Part shown: positions 58,778 through 64,000 of the stretch, in pieces
Numbering within the stretch: position 1 is the first letter of the stretch
Layout of the letters: every line of letters starts with the position of its first letter
NCBI GenBank assembly: GCA_020850635.1
Contig: JADZEH010000024.1
Coordinates: forward strand, 8,617-72,616
Length of the DNA stretch: 64,000 bases
Direction: 5' to 3'
DNA from: Candidatus Doudnabacteria bacterium
Lineage (GTDB): Bacteria; Patescibacteriota; Doudnabacteria; UBA920
The notes under the pieces: model-generated
What the model was told of the DNA's origin: nothing
The model's input: the letters and a program-made list of their open reading frames with translations, nothing else
Databases searched by the model: none
Program-made: the position numbers and the translations under genes

Positions 58778-59539
58778 TTAAGTTAATATTCGAGAACCTT
58801 TGTCTGTAATGGCAATAGTGTGTTCGAAGTGAGCGGCAAGTCCACCATCTTGAGTACGAATTGTCCAACCATCTTCATCAAAATAAATTTCAGGGTGCTT
58901 TTCTGTGAACATTGGTTCAATAGCAATAACTAAACCTGGCTCGAGTTTTAAACCTTTCCCGCGCTTACCATACCCAGGAACGTTCGGCTCTTCATGCACC
59001 GCATAACCCACGCCATGGCCAACCAAGTCTCGAACCGTGGACACACCATTACTTTCTGCAATTTCTTGGATAACTGCACCAATGTCACCTATCGTGTTTC
59101 CAGGTTTGGCTTCGGCAATCGCCGCATCTAAAGCTTGCTTGGTAAGCTTCATTAACTTTTCTGCTACAAAACTAACTTTCCCTACAGGTACCGTAATAGC
59201 CGTATCTGTGTATAAGCCTTTGTAAATCATGCCAATATCAAGGCCAATAATGTCCCCTTCTTGAAGAAAATCACGAGCAGAAGGAACTCCATGAACAATC
59301 ACGTCATTGATAGATGTACATAGTCCGGCCGGGAAAGGATTTTTCTTTGTGCCATAACCAATAAAGCTTGGTTTACCACCAACTTTTAGCATTTCTCGTT
59401 CAGCAAAACTATTTAACTCAGCGGTTGTAATCCCCGGCTTCACCAGCTCAGCTGTGCGCAATAAAATATCACGAAGGAGTTTACCGCCTTCGTTGATAGT
59501 TTCTATCTCTGCTTGAGTTTTAATCATTCGTGACTTCAT
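58778..59539 (-). CDS. map: Methionine aminopeptidase type I
   Basis: CTSINDVIVHGVP, DIG...TDTAIT, GHGVG..VHEEP, IAIEPM, AHFEHT. Confidence 0.97.
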   Translation of the reverse strand: MKSRMIKTQAEIETINEGGKLLRDILLRTAELVKPGITTAELNSFAEREMLKVGGKPSFIGYGTKKNPFPAGLCTSINDVIVHGVPSARDFLQEGDIIGLDIGMIYKGLYTDTAITVPVGKVSFVAEKLMKLTKQALDAAIAEAKPGNTIGDIGAVIQEIAESNGVSTVRDLVGHGVGYAVHEEPNVPGYGKRGKGLKLEPGLVIAIEPMFTEKHPEIYFDEDGWTIRTQDGGLAAHFEHTIAITDKGSRILT

Positions 59540-59541
59540 GT

Positions 59542-60207
59542 CTAATTGGAACGCTGTCGGGCTTTTCTGGCGCTAGGATGATGTTGTGCTACCAACTTTC
59601 GTTCGTGCTTAGTAATCACCGCTTGCATTCGTTTTTGCACATCTGCTACAGTACCGATCCCGCTCACTTCAATAAATGTATATTCTTTTTTAAAAAACTT
59701 AATAACTTCGGCGACATTTTTGCGATAATAGCTTTGGCGGTTCTTTAAAGCCGCAACTGTATCGTCGGGACGCTTCCCATATTTCCCAGCAAAGTAACCC
59801 AAACGACCTGACATTCGTTTTACCGTTTCAGAAACTGGAACTTTCAAATATATAACCAGTGGTTTGACGCGATAAGTTTCGCGAAGCCATTTTCTGACTA
59901 AACGAGCTTCACCAACCATTTTGGGATGACCATCAAACAAAATCCCTTTAGAGACTGGTGTGGCATGAATTACTTCGTCTAAAATTTCTCGTACAATTTT
60001 TGTTGGTGTGAGTTTGCCTTCGTCATTAAAGACTCGCAGCATCTTATCCAACGCTTTATCTTTCTTACGGCGACGCATCAACTCTGCTCCCATGTCAAAA
60101 TCATATAACTTGTATTTTTTGACGAGCAACTTTGCTTGAGTGGCCTTACCTGCAGCAGGGTCACCAAGTAAAATTATATTTAATGGATGCGTAGACTTTT
60201 TAGACAT
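59542..60207 (-). CDS. Adenylate kinase-family protein (basic, divergent copy)
   Basis: LGDPAAGKATQA, DMGAELM, LFDGHPK, KRPDDT. Confidence 0.8.
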   Translation of the reverse strand: MSKKSTHPLNIILLGDPAAGKATQAKLLVKKYKLYDFDMGAELMRRRKKDKALDKMLRVFNDEGKLTPTKIVREILDEVIHATPVSKGILFDGHPKMVGEARLVRKWLRETYRVKPLVIYLKVPVSETVKRMSGRLGYFAGKYGKRPDDTVAALKNRQSYYRKNVAEVIKFFKKEYTFIEVSGIGTVADVQKRMQAVITKHERKLVAQHHPSARKARQRSN

Positions 60208-60781
60208 AGTCGAGATGAAGCGCGGTGTTAATTGCCACTCTCACTTCTGGGATAGAAGGAGTTCCATTGATTTCGATATGAGTAGTTTCCTTACGAAGTA
60301 AATCTATCACTGGTAAAGTTTCTTTGTCATACATCTGGAGTCGATACTCAATAGCTTCCCTGGTGTCATCTTTGCGAAATTCATGATGAGCTCGTTCCAA
60401 AAGTCTGGCTACAGAAATATCGTGGGGAATATCGAGGAAGATAGTAACAAAGTTCGTTCGGCCATGTTCTCGTAAATAGCTCAACAAAAACTGAGCTTGG
60501 CCAACGCGTCTGGGTACTCCATCGAAAATAATCCCTCTATCAGTTGGTAACTCCTTTAACTTCTCAACCATAACTTTGTAAAGATCTTCATCGTCTAACA
60601 AATGACCGTTATTGATGAGTTCAGCGATATGCTTTCCTAAAGGTGTGTCTTTCTGAGCTTCTTCACGTAAGATTGCCCCCATTTCAAAGTGATAAAAACC
60701 AAGTTGTTCTGCGAGCTGACGTGCCTGAGTCCCTTTGCCTGAGCCTTGGGGGCCAATGAAGAAAATTATATCAAGATCCAT
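60200..60781 (-). CDS. adk: Adenylate kinase, short LID-less type (probable start ATG 60781)
   Basis: GPQGSGKGTQA, EMGAILR, IFDGVPRR, RKDD..EAIEYRL. Confidence 0.88.
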   Translation of the reverse strand: MDLDIIFFIGPQGSGKGTQARQLAEQLGFYHFEMGAILREEAQKDTPLGKHIAELINNGHLLDDEDLYKVMVEKLKELPTDRGIIFDGVPRRVGQAQFLLSYLREHGRTNFVTIFLDIPHDISVARLLERAHHEFRKDDTREAIEYRLQMYDKETLPVIDLLRKETTHIEINGTPSIPEVRVAINTALHLDYV

Positions 60782-60918
60782 GAAGTGTGTTTCTATGTGA
60801 ATTGCTTTTACTATAGAGGATTTTGAGAAGATTATCAACTTTTTCTAAAGTTTTTTGATGATAACAGCAAAAATATGGTATAGTGAAGAAAACATTTCGT
60901 CCGAAACTAAAATCAAAC

Positions 60919-62604
60919 GTGCACTCAATTTTCTTTGATCTTACAATAATTTTCCTGCTGGCCGGAACCGCTGCGTTCATTGTCAGCTTTTTCAAACAAC
61001 CTAGTTTAATCGCTTACATTGCTACAGGGGTTATCATTGGCCCACTGGGTTATTATCGTTTAAGCGAAGGCGATATTCTCAAAGGTTTGTCTGAGCTGGG
61101 GATTACTTTACTACTGTTTATGGTCGGACTCGATCTCGATTTTTCGGGTCTGAAAAAAATGGGTCGAGTTGCGCTAACAGCCGGTCTGGCCCAAATTGTT
61201 TTTACTAGTGCTGCTGGATTTGGTGTAGCTCGTTTGATTGGTTTTGATGTTGTGCCTGCCGCTTACATTGCGCTTGCTTTAACTTTTTCCTCAGGTATCA
61301 TCGCGGTTAAACTTTTGAACGAGAAAAAGGATTTGCACAGTTTGTATGGAAAGTTAGCTGTCGGAATTTTATTGATCCAAGATTTAGCCATCATGCTAAC
61401 TTTGATTTTACTAACTGGGACATCAATCAATGACGGCAGTGTCCCCTTGTGGGAAAACATTTTCTTTACACTAGTTAAAACTGGAGTAATCGCCGTTATA
61501 ATTATTTGGCTCAGTACCAAAGTTTTCCCGATAATTTTACGTCATGCGGGAAAATCTGATGAACTCTTGCTGGTCTGTAGTTTAGCTTGGGCTTTAGGCT
61601 TCTCGGCGTTTGTGTCGTTACCGTTTATTGGTTTGAATCTGGAGATCGGTGGATTTTTAGCTGGACTGGCTTTAGCTAATACTGCTTCGCATTATCAAAT
61701 TGGTGCGCGTATAAAATCGTTACGCGATTTCTTTTTAATTTTGTTTTTGATCTCCTTAGGCTCACAACTCGTTTTCACCAGGATGGATGAACTGTTTTCA
61801 CCAATAATTATTCTGTCGCTGTTTGTTCTAATCGCTAATCCGTTAATTATTTTGTTCATTCTTGGTGTCTTGGGTTACAAACCTCGCACAGGATTACTGA
61901 CCGGTTTAACCTTGGCACAAGTCTCAGAATTTAGTTTGATCATTATCGGTCTTGGTTACAAACTCGAACACATTAGCCAAGGAGTGGCCAGCCTCGTCAC
62001 TATCGTCACAGTTATTACAATGATCGTTTCATCATATTTAGTCACTCACGCCAACGCCATTTACCGCATCACTCAACCGTTTATAAAGCGCTTTGATTTC
62101 CGCAAAGGAAAAGCCGAAAAAAGTTTACAAGAAATTACTTTCAAAAATCACATTGTTTTAGTTGGGGCACATCGACTGGGCTCGCACTTGATTCATTCTT
62201 TGCAAAAACAGCAACAAGACTTTATTATCATCGACCATGATCCCCAGATTGTTGAAAATTATCAAAAAGATGGCCTGGTCTGTATTTGTGGAGATGTCGC
62301 CGATCCTTACATTCAAGAACTTGGTAATTTAGACAAAGCGAGCTTGATTATTTCTACTGTTCCCGACTTTCATGATAACTTAGCGTTGATTGAAAGCATT
62401 AAAACCAAGAACCCGCGCATCAAAATGATTTTTGCTGCTCATGATGAAGCCGAAGCTCTAGAACTCTACGACAAGAAAGTTGATTACGCGTTGCTTCCCC
62501 ACTTTATTGGTGGCGAACACTTAGCGCAGATCTTCGAAGACAAAAAAGGTTTGGCTGGTCTGAAAAAACTTAAAGACAATCATCTCAAAACCCTTCGTTC
62601 TTAA
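60919..62604 (+). CDS. CPA2 cation:proton antiporter with TrkA-N domain (KefB/C-like; probable GTG start 60919)
   Basis: KQPSLIAYIATG, LLFMVGL, LLIQD, QVSEFSLII, then HIVLVGAHRLG Rossmann fold. Confidence 0.9.
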   Translation: MHSIFFDLTIIFLLAGTAAFIVSFFKQPSLIAYIATGVIIGPLGYYRLSEGDILKGLSELGITLLLFMVGLDLDFSGLKKMGRVALTAGLAQIVFTSAAGFGVARLIGFDVVPAAYIALALTFSSGIIAVKLLNEKKDLHSLYGKLAVGILLIQDLAIMLTLILLTGTSINDGSVPLWENIFFTLVKTGVIAVIIIWLSTKVFPIILRHAGKSDELLLVCSLAWALGFSAFVSLPFIGLNLEIGGFLAGLALANTASHYQIGARIKSLRDFFLILFLISLGSQLVFTRMDELFSPIIILSLFVLIANPLIILFILGVLGYKPRTGLLTGLTLAQVSEFSLIIIGLGYKLEHISQGVASLVTIVTVITMIVSSYLVTHANAIYRITQPFIKRFDFRKGKAEKSLQEITFKNHIVLVGAHRLGSHLIHSLQKQQQDFIIIDHDPQIVENYQKDGLVCICGDVADPYIQELGNLDKASLIISTVPDFHDNLALIESIKTKNPRIKMIFAAHDEAEALELYDKKVDYALLPHFIGGEHLAQIFEDKKGLAGLKKLKDNHLKTLRS

Positions 62605-62664
62605 ACCTTAGGCGCCAAAAATGGGCGTCTTTCTTGAAGTAACTAAAAATGATACTATGTAGCT

Positions 62665-64000
62665 ATGCTTACACTCTTTGATACCCTATCTAAATCTAAA
62701 AAGGATATAAATATTTCTAGTAGACCAGTCCGACTTTATTCTTGTGGCCCCACTGTTTACGACCACGCTCACATCGGCAACCTCCGCAGTTTTATCTTTG
62801 CTGACACAATTGCTCGGACTCTTGAGTACAACGGACAGGAAGTTGACTGGGTAATGAACATCACTGATGTTGATGACAAGACGATCAAAAAAACTATTGA
62901 AGAGTTTGGAGAGAACGCCACCCCAAACGAATTAAAACAGCTAACTACTCGTCACGCAAAAACTTTCTTAGCTGACTTAGAAGCCCTGAATATAGACACA
63001 AAACGAATTCGCTTCATTAATGTAAGTGATGTCATCCCCCAGATTCAAGAATTTATCTTAGGGCTTCTCGATAAAGGATATGCTTACACCGCCGATGATG
63101 GCAGTGTTTACTTTAATATCGAAAAGTATCAAGCTGACTTTAAAGATTACGGCGAGCTAGTTGGTGCTGGATTTATAGAAGGCAAAAAAGTTGGGGCACG
63201 AGTTGCCGTAGATGAATACGAGAAAGATAACCTCAGCGACTTTGCGTTATGGAAAGCTCGTCACACTGACGATGGCCAAATTTTTTGGACTCACGACAAA
63301 TTAGCGGATGGTCGTCCAGGATGGCACATTGAATGTTCGGTGATCAACAACATTGCTTTTGATGGCCAACCAACGGATATCCACACTGGCGGCATTGATT
63401 TGATCTTCCCTCATCACACCAATGAAATTGCTCAGAGCCAACCGTTTTACAAACCTTTCTCCGCACATTGGACACACAGCGGCCACTTGTTAGTTGATAA
63501 TAAGAAGATGGCCAAGAGCGCTGGGAGCTACCTTACATTGTCTAATTTGCAAAAGAAAACCGCTTTAGCTGGTCCGACATTGCGCTATCTATGTTTACAA
63601 AATGACATGCGTAATCAACAAAACTTTACAGATGAAGCATTTGAAGCAGCACGCAATGGACTACAACGCTTATATGGTACTTACGAAAGCGCATCAAGTG
63701 ATGATAAAGCGGAAGTTCTTGAAAAATTCAGCTCTAGTTTGAATAATGATCTAAACACAGCTGAGGCTGTGGCTGTAATGCATGCATCTGGGCTCTCAAA
63801 AGCCAGCATGGACACAATGGATAAAGTATTTGGGCTTGGTCTTGGACAAACAGCAGCAGAACTTCCTAGTGAAGTTGCCGAGCTCGCAAAGTCTCGCCAG
63901 GACGCACGCGACAGTAAAGACTTTGCAAAATCAGATGAACTCCGCACACAAATAGAAACACTAGGATACGAAGTCAAAGACACTAACGACGGACAAAAAG
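62665..64000 (+). CDS. cysS: Cysteine--tRNA ligase (3' end runs off the window; not in ORF track)
   Basis: Manual translation: YSCGPTVYDHAHIGNLR, MNITDVDDK, DFALWKA, GRPGWHIECS, DIHTGGIDLIFPHHTNE, KMAKS. Confidence 0.97.
   Translation, partial: MLTLFDTLSKSKKDINISSRPVRLYSCGPTVYDHAHIGNLRSFIFADTIARTLEYNGQEVDWVMNITDVDDKTIKKTIEEFGENATPNELKQLTTRHAKTFLADLEALNIDTKRIRFINVSDVIPQIQEFILGLLDKGYAYTADDGSVYFNIEKYQADFKDYGELVGAGFIEGKKVGARVAVDEYEKDNLSDFALWKARHTDDGQIFWTHDKLADGRPGWHIECSVINNIAFDGQPTDIHTGGIDLIFPHHTNEIAQSQPFYKPFSAHWTHSGHLLVDNKKMAKSAGSYLTLSNLQKKTALAGPTLRYLCLQNDMRNQQNFTDEAFEAARNGLQRLYGTYESASSDDKAEVLEKFSSSLNNDLNTAEAVAVMHASGLSKASMDTMDKVFGLGLGQTAAELPSEVAELAKSRQDARDSKDFAKSDELRTQIETLGYEVKDTNDGQK

Noticed and set aside
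63301-63983. Minus-strand ORFs near the window end (and 692..901 near the start)
   Set aside because: Shadows of cysS and murD, which the track missed because they are truncated by the window

Overview
Low-GC (~40% by eye), genetic-code-11 chromosomal segment of a reduced-genome bacterium. The gene inventory and style point to Patescibacteria/CPR: the VirD4-like ATPase plus partner, the sigma4/HARE-HTH protein, short EF-Ts and mostly SD-less, often leaderless housekeeping genes. This taxonomy is inference. Core content: peptidoglycan genes (murD, mraY, dacA-like, murB, murC-family, murG, rodA, uppS), secA/secD/secF, five GT4 glycosyltransferases and a WcaJ-like sugar transferase, eno, a DEAD-box helicase, a beta-CASP nuclease, rpsB-tsf, rpmE-prfA-prmC, rpmG, rplY, dnaE, thrS, cysS, map, two tandem adenylate kinases, RNase P RNA and four tRNAs. 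No integrase, transposase, reverse transcriptase or CRISPR array is visible. The most unusual region is 54470-56915, between dnaE and thrS. It is a tight array of six self-contained transcription units, each with a sigma70-type promoter, a strongly structured cargo and a terminator; four terminators share a GGTC-T(5-7)-AT tail. Three units have no ORF or only a tiny one and look like structured RNAs. Solo GC-rich orphan cassettes with strong Shine-Dalgarno sites occur near 20.3, 41.4 and 47.4 kb. All structures were found by eye and need computational and transcriptomic confirmation.
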